Origin: Chrysomallon squamiferum
Lineage: Eukaryota; Animalia; Mollusca
Length of the DNA: 64,000 nucleotides
Assembly (NCBI GenBank): GCA_012295275.1
Contig: CM022679.1
Location: 31,496,001 to 31,560,000, forward strand
Direction of reading: 5' to 3'
How positions within the stretch are numbered: the stretch's first letter is position 1; the number at the start of each line of letters is the position of its first letter. The translations under genes and the position numbers were made by a program. Below the pieces are notes generated by a model. It was given only the letters and a program-made list of their open reading frames with translations, ran no database searches and was not told the DNA's origin. Positions 30,002 through 44,314 of this stretch are shown piece by piece.

Positions 30002-31324
30002 ATGGCACAAAGATCATCTCTGGTTCAAGGATTTGGTGGATATCTGGAGAAAAATTCAGGACTGGTAAAATGATAAACGTATACCATTATTTCATAACCA
30101 AAATGTTCAGTATACTCTTAAAAATTAGTATGTTATTAGTTATTAAAGTTTAGTAAAGTTTTGTATGCTGTATAAAAGATATATGAACTAACAATTAAAA
30201 AATCATGATAACAGAAAACTTCAGCTAGCTATATATATATATTTATTTATTTATTTATATATATATACTTTATTACAGATGAAATCAAAGATAAAGTACT
30301 GGTGCATGCTTGAAGGAACTACCATGCTGCTATCCAGAGAAAACAAAGTATGTTATTTTATTTAATATTATTAGCCAGTTTACAAAAAAGAAAAGAAAGG
30401 AAAACAGCATATATTCTGATATCCAGTTGATAACCATTAATATAGTAATATATCTTGATCAAACAATAATTTATCAGTGGATGCTTACAACCATTACTGT
30501 TCATATTAATAATTTTTAACATAAATAATTTGTAATTTGCTGATTTTTATAGGTTAAAATGTATTATTATTATTATTTTTTTTTTTTTTTTTTTTTTTTA
30601 TACATATATATTATTATATATATATTTCTTTTTTTAGAGATCCTCAGGTTTTGAATCTGTAAATTTAACGGATGCACAGACAGTGAGAAAAGTAAACAGT
30701 AACAAGTCAGGCACTCAGTTTGAAATTGTCATGAAGAAAAATAAAAAATCACACATTTTTGTAAGATATTTTTTTTACTTTGATCCTTCTCATATTATTA
30801 ATTTTTTCTTAGTAATATTAAAGAAATACTGTATAAAAAAAAAAAAAAAAAAAAAATTAAAAAAAAATTAAGAGACTTTAAAATTTAATTAAATGTATCA
30901 CATAATAAATGTGTGACGTTTGAATATTATATTTTGGAAATACTGCTGCCGATATTTTATTTCTTTATTAATATTAACTTTAATTAAATATTTAAGATAA
31001 ATCTGAAAAACAGAACATCAAAAAAAAAAAAAAAAAAAAATTACTTTAATATTTCGTTAAATTAATACGTTCTCAGTCTGTGAAGTTTGAAAATTTTGGT
31101 TTGGTAATGCTACTGCAGAATTTTATTTTATTTATTTAAATTTAACTTTTATATAATGATTACAGACGGCTTTGAGCCCTGAAGAATGCAGTACCTGGAT
31201 TCAGAAACTTCAGTGTCTGATGATTGCAAAATCACCTGCTGATGTCGGCAGGTAAATTACTTGTACAGTGTTCTGTTAATCTAGATTAAGTTACCTGTAA
31301 ATTTATTTATTCTTTGTCTTCTTC

Positions 31325-31410
<86 letters not shown>

Positions 31411-31470
31411 TTGATTATAGATGGTAGTTTTTTGGTAATTGCCAGGTTTCTAGCAGTTTGCAAAGCCAAG

Positions 31471-31507
<37 letters not shown>

Positions 31508-32509
31508 AAATAAAAATTAAATTTTAACTTGGCTCTTCCTTTTATGTTGAAGTCAAAATATTTTCAGGTTATTTTGTGAATAGGTACTTTAATATATATA
31601 TATAATTTCCTGATTGTATTCTTTCAGTATTACTTTAATTGATTATATGTGTAAAATTACTACACAGATAGCTGCAGTTATGAAATACATTTTTTATCTG
31701 TGAAGAAACATAATAATGTAAAATGTTTCAACTTTACAGTTCTTATTTTAATATGATTAAGTATTAATAATGCAAAATAACTTAGGATGTACATTTAATT
31801 AAAAAGAAAGAAAAGAAAATTGGTAATGAAGGTAGTTTGTTACTTAGTGACAAATTGTTAGTGTTTCTATCAAGAAGTTAAAATTGACCAATTTTGATCT
31901 TAACAATGAAATGTAACAAAAGCCTTTCCATACCATATTTTATTTTTTTATTTTTTTTATTTTTCAATAATTATTTGTATATTATTGAGTACAATTAATT
32001 TTGTGGAATCAGTACTATAATATTAGAATGTAATATTAATTCAAAATTTTCCTTATTCATTTTAATTTCAGTTATCTCCTGGTAAGATCTTGATGTTGGT
32101 TTTTACACTTTTGTTTTCAGATGCATTATCACTCATGTTATTTTTTGTTTTCTTGTGTTTATTTTATGTTTACAATAAATCTTTCTAATCTGTTTATTGT
32201 TCTAGACATTTTGACTGTCTTGAAGTACCTGTTAATGATATTTAAATAATCAACCTTTCATTTTCGTTTTTTAACATTTTTATTTATTTATTTATTTTTA
32301 TATTTTTTACAAAATATATTTCTGCACCTGAAAGCTTTTCCTTGTTTTTTTTACATTTGATTTTTAAAATTTTAAATTTATAGAATATTAGCACATAAAA
32401 ATGATTGGTTTCTAACAAAGAAAACTAAAATTGCAATATTGACGATGGAAACAGAAAGATACTGTGCTTGTTGGATATGGCAAGGTGGGGAAAGAAAAAT
32501 AAATATATA

Positions 32510-32545
<36 letters not shown>

Positions 32546-34587
32546 CTAATTTTATATTTGCACTGCAAAAACCTGCTCACATCCCTGAGTGCTGGTTTTG
32601 AATTTTACCATGCTCTGCAGAAACATCCAGTTATTTAATATAACAAAGAGACAGAAATATTTATTCAAATATTATGAAACTCATATTAATTTGATTCTTA
32701 CTATTATAATCCGCTTCAAAATTATATTGAAAATTCATTATTTCTAGAAAAATCATATTAATGGAAGTGTATCTATCAGCAAAAATAAATTTATTTTAAT
32801 AGCTTATTATTATTTGATTTGATTTGAAATGGATTTGATTCAGATATAATTCTATTACCTAACTCACAGAAGATACACATAAAAATTATTTTCACAAAAA
32901 TAACATTTATTCAGATGTTATTACTGTTAATAACAATGAAATCATACTAATTCAGTGTGTTGTTATCAAGAATAGAAAAGCTACTGAAATGGGAACTTCA
33001 AAACATTTAATAATAATAAAATAAAATAAAAAATAAAATAAATAAAAATATCAATAATAAAAAAACAATATAAATATGTATTTTATATGTCTGTGTATGT
33101 TATATAATGTTATCAGTGGCTTGAGCAAAATACTATAAATTAAAACAATATTATCTCCCTGCACAAACTTATTAATACAAATACAGTAACAATCAGCATA
33201 TATTCACTTGTATATTATTACTAAGAGCAGATTAATCCACATACACTATAACCAGAATCAAACTACTGTTGATTAATATTATTATTATTATTATTATTAT
33301 TACCAATTAAAATACCAAAAATAAATATTGTGGTTGTCAATTGAAAATTAACTCCATGAAATATAATTACAAATTTTTGCATTTTAATTATCAGCACAAA
33401 AATCTGATTAATTCTAAAAATAGTGCAACTGAGTGCAATTAATATTTTAGCCAACCGTTTAAAAGTCACTTTAACAGTAAATGAAATGCAAAATGTTGTT
33501 CTTGGACAAACTTTTAATTGTTATTTATATCCCGATCCTGTCAAGTGAAAAAAAGTGTGACCTACTGTGGAACACTATCTAATTGTTTTTTAATTTTTGA
33601 CTGTTACCATCATTATAACTGACATTTAATATTATGACAAAAGATATAATAAAATGTTTTGAATCCCACTGTTGTAGTTTACATACCACTAGCTTGTGTA
33701 TGAAGGATTGTTTTATCAGCACCTTGTCAATCAACATTTTTTTTCAACATTTATTTTGAAATTGTTTGAAGAATGTTTTTTTTATTTTTATTTTTTTATT
33801 TCTCATTTATTATAATTTTGTTTTAATCTTAATTTAATTTTATTTAATTTAACATTTATTCTCTTTTTATTTATTTCATTTTATTTATTATTATTTTGTT
33901 GTTGTTTTGTTTTGTTTAAGGTCGAGCCAGTTTTTTGTGGATGATAGCGGAGGGTACACATCAATAGATACACTGGATTCTTCAGATCCAGTCAAAATGT
34001 CTCAGAATGAAACTTTCACAGGGACCAAGTCAACAGCAGCAGCAACAACAACAACAACAACAACAACAACAAGAGCATCAGAAACGATGGAGGGGGAATA
34101 TGCTGAGATTGGTGAAGCTTACTTGTCTCAAGAACGCAGCAGTACAAAAACAAAAACAAAAACAAACAACAATGAAAACGAAACGAAAAATGCTTCATTT
34201 TCAAAGCCGTCAAACAGTGGCTTGGTTTCAGAATATGCACCAGCTGACTTGTTAACAGAAGAAAACTATAGTGACGTGGTGTCAGCAGAAGAGCCCAAAC
34301 CTCACAGCCCTGCAGTGACAGATTTGTATGCCTCGGTGAACAAAGAACAGAAAAGAAAGGACAGTGCCGAAGACTCGACTGACGAAGTCCTCAGCCTCTT
34401 CGACAAGTTAGAGTTCACGAAACCAGCACCACTGATTCCTCTGCAGGACGAGGACTACAAACCTCTCCGCGATCTGAAACAGTTCCTTGCCAACAATGAA
34501 GACTTGTGTAGACGGTCTTACAACATTGTGCCCCAGGGAGCTGACCCAGTGCTTCAGCTGAAAGAGATGTTAAAAGAAATAGGATAA
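30002..34587 (+). CDS. PH-domain adaptor-like protein with a tyrosine-motif-rich disordered tail (335 aa)
   Basis: Exons 30002-30064, 30279-30347, 30638-30760, 31166-31251, 33921-34587 join in frame. PH pattern: GYLEK, KYWCML, FEIV, HIFTALSPEECSTWIQKL. Tail motifs YTSI, YAEI, YSDV, YASVNK, YKPL, YNIV. Confidence 0.85.
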
Positions 34588-36844
34588 GAAGTGGAGCTGT
34601 TTGTCAACAGGCTGCAGTAATATCCAACTTACAACCTGTTTTTTGATTCATTTTTCTTTTGTTATTTGGTTACAGATCTACATCTGTGTGTGTGCATATG
34701 CATGTTTGTGGTTGTGTGTGTGTTTCTGTGTATGTGTGTGTGGGTGGGTGGGTGGGTGGGTAAGTGCAGGTCTATTATAACTTCTGGCAATAAATATTTT
34801 TTCACACACAATTTTGAAGGCAAGCTGACGCACACGCATATATATATATATAACTCATATCATACATATTACATAGTTTATATATTTGCATGGATACCTG
34901 ACTCACATTAAGAACAATCATTAGCGTTATGAACAGAGAAGACCTTACAGCCTGTGATTTAAAATATTAGTGTTTTATGAGGAATGATTTTCTTTCAGTT
35001 ATTTCATGCTTTCTGTTATGCTGATGATTCACTGCAGCAAATGTGACATTAGTATCATATTATTCTTGTTAGTAAAGAAATGTTTCCAGCCTGTAACATG
35101 TAATAGAAAAAATACCAGAGAACATGTCATAGACAGAAAATCATTCTTCTTCGTGTTTGTGTAAAACGTTCAGGTTTACACTTTGTGTAAACATTTGTTG
35201 ATAATGTTTTATGTAAAATGTGTTCCAGTTTCAAAAATGTTAGAGATGTTACTTTATATAAAAAAGTTTCCGATTCAAACTGTGTTAAGGATGTTATGTA
35301 CTGTCTTTTATGTAAAATGTGTTCAGTCATAGTTTATGTAAAAAACTATTCTAATTCAAGCTACATTACACAGAATGTGTTCTCAGTCATAGTTCATGTA
35401 AAATAAATTCTGACTCATACATTTGTTTTTATTTATAGATAAAATAGAAATTTGTTTAATCATTCAGTGTGGACTATTGATTGCAATCAGCCAATCAATC
35501 AAAAGTGTAGTGCAGACAGATTGCACATGATTCAGAAATTCAGTGCAGGCCATCAAAGTAAGGTAGACACCACAAATATATTCTTTTGTATTGTGCAACA
35601 ATTGTTCATGCAGTTATGCAAGGTGCACCAACTTATATACTATATATATAAAGTATACTCAGTATATATACCAAAATAAATATTTTTAGAATTTTTTAAT
35701 ACAGGTAAATTATTTTGACCTGGTTATTTTAAAAGTAGCTCGCAATGTGAAAAAGGGTTGGACCCCTCTGCTATATAGTTTGTTACTTTTTATTTTTAAA
35801 TTGCATTGTTATCAAAATTGTGTTTTATAAAGCTTACTTAGATTCTTATCTTATTGGAGAGGTGACTAAGGCTCTGTATATTTTTATGTGTGTGTGTGTG
35901 TGTGTGTGTGTGTTAGGATAATAGAAAATATTTATTCATAAACTATATAGTACATTTACATAATTATTTGGTACTGGAATAAAAACCTACAAATTTTTTT
36001 TTTTTTAAAGCAGTATATTTTATTCAAACTATAAATATATACTTTGACTGGCATGACAGAAATGCCCCCCCCCACACACACATACACATACCCCCACACA
36101 CACACTGTTATAAATGTTACCTTCAAAGTATTACCATAAATATGGGGTCCAGATAATTGACATATCCTACTAATAAGATACTAACAGATAAGGAAACTAT
36201 TTGTTAAAATGCTAATTTTGTTCAGGTATTAGCCATTTAACCTCAGATTTATTTATTTATTTATTTATTTGGAGTTTTTTATTTTTCTCATAAATATAAG
36301 TGTTCTAAAAGTGTTTAATTTCATTTTGTGTGTTTGTGTGTGTGTGTGTTTGTGTGTTTCTATGTGTATTAATGTGTAAATGTACACATATTCAGTATAT
36401 CTCATGAATCTAAATGTCTGCAGTTATTATTTATTAGTGTTTTGTTCATCATTTATGAACAAGTAAATTTTGTAATATATTGATACCACAAGTAAATGGC
36501 CATGAGTGAATGCTTGTATACAGACTACATTCACTTAGACTCCATGAAAAATGTTGTTTATCTTCTTTTTAATTGGAAGAATTGGATAAGGCCAGATGGG
36601 TAATCTTTTTATTTTAGTATTGTTTTTAAAAACTGTTTGTCTATTTGTGAATAGAATCATGTACTGAATGGTAACTGATCATTATCACTGGTATCTCTTA
36701 CTGTCATGAACAGTCACAGGTATAAGGAGGTGCAGTTTTATTAGTTTTGAAAGCAACATGTTGGTAATAAAAATACAAAAAATATGATAAAGTATGATAA
36801 ACAACATATTTCTTTTAGCAGTCCTTAGTAAACTGTCAAAAAGA

Positions 36845-36890
<46 letters not shown>

Positions 36891-37112
36891 GTGTGTGTTT
36901 GTGTGTGTCTTTTTAAAGATATATTTGACTGGAGGCTGTATGTAGTAAGTTAAAACTGAACAGAGACAATTCCAGCTACTGAAATGATATATTCTTTACT
37001 TTTGTACAATTTAATACTATTTGTAATATTTGGTTTTATATATGCCTCTTATAGACCATGATGATATTTTTGTGACCTTTGAATTATGAGCTTGTTGCAG
37101 AAAATGGGTATC

Positions 37113-37118
37113 AATAAA
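37113..37118 (+). terminator. Candidate polyadenylation signal of the PH-domain gene
   Basis: AATAAA followed by a GU/U-rich downstream element. Confidence 0.4.
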
Positions 37119-38252
37119 ATATTGCTTTGTTTCTTTGAGTTTGTTTTTCTTATTCAAAAGAAAAAAAGGATATTAATCTTTTTTTTCTTTTCTTAATAAA
37201 AATATTGTTTTAATGCATTTAAGAAATCTATTGGTTATTATTCATTCTCTGAAAGTCTAAAAATAAAAAAGAATAAAATATATCAAAACCCATAGTCCAC
37301 TGGCTAAGACATAGGGACTCAGTGGTCCAATCTATACAGTGTAAACCAGGACTTCACAAACCTGTTAGTCAAATTTTCACATTTGGCATAAAACATTGGA
37401 ACCACTTTGTTGATACCCCAACCTCCCCTATCAAGCTGGGAAGACTTATTTTTTACATATTAATAAGATCTTTTTTGTTTAATTTTCATTATCTTTTTTT
37501 TTTTCCATGTTATTCTTGTTAAAAAATTTAAATCTTGGCATATTTGTAAATTATAATAATGCCAATCTTCAGTTTTCTAATATGCACATGTTAGTTATAA
37601 ATACATTGTTTGTATAGCTTACACATACATATTCTTAATTTTTACACTACATGTGCACTTATCTTACAATGTCTGGATGTTTTCTTTTGTCTTTATTATT
37701 GTTATTTCAGCTTATTGCATACAAGTTCTATCTGTGTTTCTATTTTTTTCGTTTGAAAAATGAAAAAAAAAAAAATTAACATATAAAACCAAAGCATTAA
37801 CTTACTTTGATCCACTACTTAAAAAAACAACCAAAAAACAATCAAAAAATTAATAATCATAAATCAAAAATGTATAAATATAAAACATTTTAATTTATTA
37901 TTATTATTATTATTTTCCTAAAGTAGAAATGAAATACAATAGTAAGAAAGTTATCAACAAGTTAGAGTCAAACCATTAATTTACTTTGATTGGTTATTTA
38001 CAAAAAATTAAACTTAATCATAACACATGAATATACAGATATTCACAACATTTTTTGTTTTTCTGTTTGTTTGTTTATTTTAAAAAAGAGCAAAAATAAA
38101 ATAAAATAATAAAACATATATGTATACATTAGGGACAAAACATTAATTTACTTTGATTAAAAAATTAATTTAATCATAAAACAGATATATATATATTTTT
38201 TAATAACTATAAAAGTTTAATTTACTTTGATAAGTTATTTTACAAAAAATTA

Positions 38253-39962
38253 AATTTCCCTTAGACTTAATGTATTAATCTGTAGTGTCATTACTAATGT
38301 TTTTAAAAAAAGAAAATATGTATTTATTTATTTTTAGTATGAGCAGTAAAGGGGAGTAACTCCTGTTTTAAGGAATGTCGAAAATATATTTCTAAAGAGA
38401 ATATTAAATTAACGGTCGAAGGGAAATAATTCATGACGCATAAAGAAAACAAGAGTTATTTCCCGTAGACTGTTAAATATTAATCTGTAGTGTCATTTCC
38501 AATGGTATAATTATTATTTTTTTTTTATAATGGATGTATCTATTTATTTTCAGTGTGAGCAGTAAATTTACGATCTAAGGGGAGTAACTCCTGTTTTAAG
38601 GAAAGTCGAAAATGTAATTGTTTAGAGAATATTAAATTAACGGTCAAGGGGAAATAATTCTTGATGCCTAATCAAAACAAGAGTTACTTCCCCTAGACTG
38701 TTAATTTGCCATTTCCATTTTTTTTTTTTTTTTTTTTTTTAAATTATAGATTGATTTATTTTCAGTATGAGCAGGAAATTAATGATTTGAGGGGAGTGAC
38801 TCCTGTTTTAAGGACAGTCGAAAATATATTTCTAAAGACTAAAGAGAATATAAAATTAACGGTCTAAGGGAAATAATTCTTGAAGGATAAAAACGAATTA
38901 TTTTCCGTAGAGTGTTAATGTATTAATGTGTAGTGTCATTTGCAAGGCTTTTTTTTGAAAAAAAGAAATTTGATATATTTATTTTCAGTATCAGCAGTAA
39001 ATTTACGATCTAAGGGGAGTAACTCCTGTTTTAAGGAAAGTTGAAAATATATTTGTAAAGAGAATGTTAAATTAACGGTCAAGGGGAAATAATTCCTGAT
39101 GCCTAAACAAAACAAGAGTTATTTCCCTTAGACTGTTAGTATATTAATCTATAGTGTCATTTCAATTTTTATTTATTATTATTATTTGTTTTTATATATA
39201 TATTTTTTTAAATTATGGATTTATTTATTTCCAGTATTAGCAGTAAATTTACGGTCTAAGGGAGTAACTCCTGTTTTAAGTAAGGTCAAAAATTAATTTC
39301 TAAAGACAATATTAAATTAACGGTCAATGGGAAATAATTCTTGATGGCTAAACAAAACAAGAGTTATTTCCCTTAGACTGTTAGTATGTTAATCTATAGT
39401 GTCATTTCCATTTTTATTTATTATTATTATTTGTTTTTATATATATATATTTTTTTAAATTATGGATTTATTTATTTCCGGTATTAGCAGTAAATTTGCG
39501 GTCTAAGGGAGTAACTCCTGTTTTAAGTAAGGTCAAAAATTAATTTCTAAAGACAATATTAAATTAACGGTCAATGGGAAATAATTCTTGATGGCTAAAC
39601 AAAACAAGAGTTATTTCCCTTAGACTGTTAGTATGTTAATCTATAGTGTCATTTCCATTTTTATTTATTATTATTATTTGTTTTTATATATATATATTTT
39701 TTTAAATTATGGATTTATTTATTTCCAGTATTAGCAGTAAATTTACGGTCTAAGGGAGTAACTCCTGTTTTAAGTAAGGTCAAAAATTAATTTCTAAAGA
39801 CAATATTAAATTAACGGTCAATGGGAAATAATTCTTGATGGCTAAAAAAAACAAGAGTTATTTCCCTTGGACTGTAAATGTACTAATCTATAGTGTCATT
39901 TCCATTTTTTTTTAATTATTATTATTTTTTTTATACAAAATTATGCACTTATTTATTTTCAG
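38253..39962. repeat. Tandem satellite, about 7 units of 212-247 bp, each with an internal inverted repeat
   Basis: The GCAGTAAA anchor (one variant) recurs at 38343, 38559, 38771, 38994, 39240, 39487 and 39734. Units carry AAGGGGAGTAACTC, AAGGGAAATAATTCTTG and CAAGAGTTATTTCCCTT. Confidence 0.95.
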
Positions 39963-40899
39963 TATTTTAGTATATAATAGCTTATAAAAACTACATTATT
40001 GGTCTGATAAATAAATTATAAAACATAACAAATTTGATTTTAGACATGCAATCGCTGAAGTAATTATCAATGACGAGTTAGACTTATATACATAATAGCT
40101 TTTACACCTTCATTTCAAGTGACTGAAAGAGAATGAGATGAGAATACAATCTGTTTTAAAAATCAGCCAAAATGATTTTCAATCATTACATTGCTGTCTT
40201 GGTTATAAACAAATACTAATAATCATAATTAACAAACAAATAAATAAATAAATAAATAAATAACAAAAAACATATGAAAATTTATTGAGATATAAATAAG
40301 TATACACTTGAATTATATATGCAAAAGAGAAAATTCTAATTAAAGAAAAAAAAAATGAATGAAATAAAAATATAAAAAAGTAAAAATAAAATAAAGATAA
40401 CGAACTTTTACTCCAATACAAATTACTTTTAACTTAATATAAATCAAAAATATAATGCAATGTACCCTAGCTAGATAAATAAATATTAAACATGTGCTAA
40501 CAAACATGCTATTTTAACAACATAAATTTATAATCTAACTTTTTGAACTATGATATTTTCTCAGTTCATAAATTTTACTGAGTTTAATGTACCAAAGGTG
40601 AACAGTCCCCCAGTAGCTCATTTTCAAATATGAGTTTCCTGTATTAGCCACACTGAGGTGGGGGTATCATCACTCACCAGGTGACTCCTTGTTGCTGCAT
40701 TTAAGGTACATTAAATAGTAATAATTTTTAAATGGTGAGGAATGAATGATCCTAACAAATAATTATAAAATAAACCTAAGTATTTTCATTACACCATGCA
40801 AGACAAAATGGATACCAATATTTCTTTTAAATTAAGACTAAACAAAATTTTAGTTTTATATTTATTTAGTTTCTAATTATTAAACAATAAGGAATATCA

Positions 40900-41905
40900 T
40901 TTTATTTTATTTTATTATTATTAATAATGTATTACTAGTGCTTCTGCTATCATTACTATTGCTACAAATACTACTACTATTATTATTACATATTGATTTA
41001 GTTCTAGTTTTACATCTTCTTCTTCTTCTTCTTCTTAGTACTACTACTATTACTACTATAACATATTTATTTACTTATTTACTTTTTATTTATATATTTA
41101 TTTATTTATGTATTTATTTATTTATAATGCTATATATTCTATTTCTAGTGTTTCTTTTTTTTCTTCTTCTTATTATTATTACTACAACAATTACTACTTT
41201 TGTTATTATTTTTATATTTATTTATTTATACAACATTTTCTTCTTCTAATTCTTCTTCTTCTTCTTATTGTTTATTATTTCTTTCTTTATTTGTTTATTT
41301 ATTTCAAACCGTATGTCTTCTTCTTATTATTATTTATTTATTATGCTACATGTTGTTCCTGTTGTTCTTTTTCTTCTTTTAAATTAATTATTTTATTTAT
41401 TTATTACATTTATTGATAACGTTGCATGTTCTTCTTCCTCTTTTTCTTCATCTTCTGATTATTATCATTGTTATTATTTATTTATTTATAATGTTCTTCT
41501 GTTTCTAGTTTTTGTTCTTCCTCTTTTACTACTATTTCCACTACCACTACTTCCACTACTACTACCACTACCACTACAACTACAACTCTTCTTCATCTTC
41601 TGATTATTATTATCATTATTATATATTTACAATACTAGATGTTCTTCTATTTCAAGTTCTTCTTTTTCTTACTACTACTACTACAAATTTATTTATTTAT
41701 TTTATAATGTTAGGTATTCTTCTTATTATTGTTACTGCAACTGCTACTGCTATTACTACTAATTCTACTACTACTACTCCCTACTACTACTATTATTTAT
41801 TTATTTATTTACTTACTTATAATGTTATATGTTCTTCTAATTCTTCTTATTATTTATTTATTTATTTATCGATAATGCTACATATTCTTCTGACTTGAGT
41901 TTTTT

Positions 41906-41944
<39 letters not shown>

Positions 41945-43000
41945 TTATGCTACATTTTTTTCATTATTAATGTACTAAGTTTCAATATTAAATTAAATAT
42001 GTAAGTATTGGAATCATTTTAAAGTATCAAAATCTAATTATTTATCTGCAAAATTTGAAAAATTTAAAAAGTATATGTGATGAACATAATTTTAAAAAAT
42101 GTTTGAATTTGTGGTGAAGAGTAACAATTAATAGTAATAATAAGAAAAATAATTTTTGGGATGACTAAAAATAAATAAATAAATAAATAAACAAATAAAT
42201 AAATAAATCAATAAATTAATAAATAAATAATATAAATAAATAAATAAATAAACAAACAAAAAAATAAAAAAAAATAAAAAAATAAATAAAATAAAAAAAT
42301 AATAAAGTAAGATATATGCTTGAATGATATTAAGAGACAGTAATGCTATTATTTATTGTTCCAAAGTTATAAATATTTGAAATTCAATTCAGAATTTATG
42401 GACACCCATATATATTAAGAATCTGAAAAGGTTCAAAATTTTATGAATCAAAGAAATAAATAGTCTGTAATAAAATTTAATTAGTTTTTTAAATCGTAAA
42501 AATTAAATATGCACCACAATCATCTCCATCATTTGACTACTATATTTATAATTAAAATACAGTTGAAAGCATTAATAAAAAGTAAAGTTACACACTACAT
42601 TTTAATCTTGTTGTTTAATATCAGTCATCATATATGTACACTACTGCTACTACTAGTACTACTACAACTACTTCTACTGCTACTACTATTACTATTGCTA
42701 CTATTTTATTTTAATATCAGTTTTTACATCTCTTTTTCTAGTTCTTCTTCATCATCCTTCTTTTCTTATTTATTTATTTATTTATCTGCTTATTTATATA
42801 TAATGATTCTTCTTCTTTTTCTTCTTATTCTTGACCGTATTATTATCATTATTAAGAATTATTTATTTATTTAAATTTAATGTTGCATGGTGTTCTTAAT
42901 CTGGTTCCTATTTATTTATTTATAATGTATATATTATCCTTAAAGTTCTGCTTCTCCTTATTTATTTTATTCATATTTTATGCTACCTGTTCTTATTATT
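40900..43000. repeat. Low-complexity (TTA/CTA/CTT/TTTA)n tract
   Basis: Mixed tri- and tetranucleotide microsatellites; source of the spurious Leu/Tyr/Ile-rich ORFs. Confidence 0.9.
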
Positions 43001-43309
43001 ATCACTTACTATGCTAGATGTTTGTAATTGTAAATATATTAAATTTAGATACAAAATTAGAAATATATGGCACCATTTTGTTTTCTATATTTATTTCTAA
43101 AACTGGAAGATCTGATGTCACAAGAAAACAATTTTTGTTTCAAATGTTCTTACATTACTAAATATAGAAAGTAATTTTGCTCTGAACTTCTCTCGATTTC
43201 CGTAAACAAATAATATTTGTATATTACAGTAGAAAAATAGCAATAATAAATATATAAATAAATAAATACCAAGTTTGATTAATAATATTCTAAATCAGTA
43301 AATGTCAAA

Positions 43310-43620
43310 ATTGATCATTTCCGGTTTTGAAGCTGAATGTCGTTTGTCCACATTAATCATGAAGTAAACCCGTCCTAATATTTGAAAAACAAAACAAAAT
43401 TAAATTATTTTTAGCGTACTTACTACATATCGCAAAGTACTAACGCGGTGAGTTAATATTTAATTTTAATTTTGTCACACAGAAATTGCAGCTACTTACA
43501 TAGTTTGATGCGGAGTCACTAAGGATGTGTATTGTTGACGTCACTAGCATCGCTAGGTTGTCGGAAGTTGTCGAAGTAAAGCGAGTTGACAGAAACTTTC
43601 GGGAGTTTATCCCTTTCTAT
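43310..43620. promoter_or_regulatory. CpG-enriched promoter-like island
   Basis: TTCCGG near 43319, perfect CRE TGACGTCA near 43536, CGGAAGT at 43562, many CpGs in an otherwise very AT-rich context. Confidence 0.5.
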
Positions 43621-43638
43621 CTTTTAATACCAGTAAAC

Positions 43639-43669
<31 letters not shown>

Positions 43670-44084
43670 TTTTTTTTTTTTTTTTTTTAAATATTTCGTT
43701 ACGTAGTTAAAATTAATATTAAATATGACTTGTTTTGGTCAATGTAACATTTAAATTTTTTTTTTTATTAGTAACTAGACTGTTAACATGAGCAACTTTT
43801 GTTTCAACGGAAAACTGATAATTTATTACTGAACAAAAATAAATATAAATAAATAAATAAATAAATAATAAAGATACATTTAAAAGAAAAGAAAAAAAGA
43901 ATAGAAATAGGAAAAATATATTTTATAAGTGAATATATATTAAGCACATACTTACAAACAGGATTAAATTCGAAATACGAGGCTCCACAGTATACAAGGC
44001 TCTCTGTAGCATAGACACACACACAGAGATTCATACATACACCTGCAGAAACATAGACACCTATACATATGAACAAACGTATCA

Positions 44085-44266
44085 GTTACACACACGACTG
44101 TTATTCATCAGTAATTCAAACGGTAAACACGAATTTAGTAAAGTGGACATTTTCATAAAGAGGGCACTCAGATACAAACACTGCAAAAAACTGCAATATG
44201 TCGTGGATATGGAAGGATTATCATGAAAATTATTAACACTGAAATAAAAATATCACTTTAATAAAC

Positions 44267-44314
<48 letters not shown>

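Noticed and set aside
32072-32484. Extra exons in intron 4 of the PH gene (32072-32081, 32384-32484)
   Set aside because: Singly they shift the frame, and together they introduce a stop. The direct 31251/33921 junction is in frame.
38253-39962. CRISPR-like array
   Set aside because: Eukaryotic context, the whole unit is repeated with no unique spacers, and there are no cas genes.
40938-42874. Hydrophobic Leu/Ile/Tyr-rich ORFs
   Set aside because: Low-complexity trinucleotide repeats with no splice or domain support.
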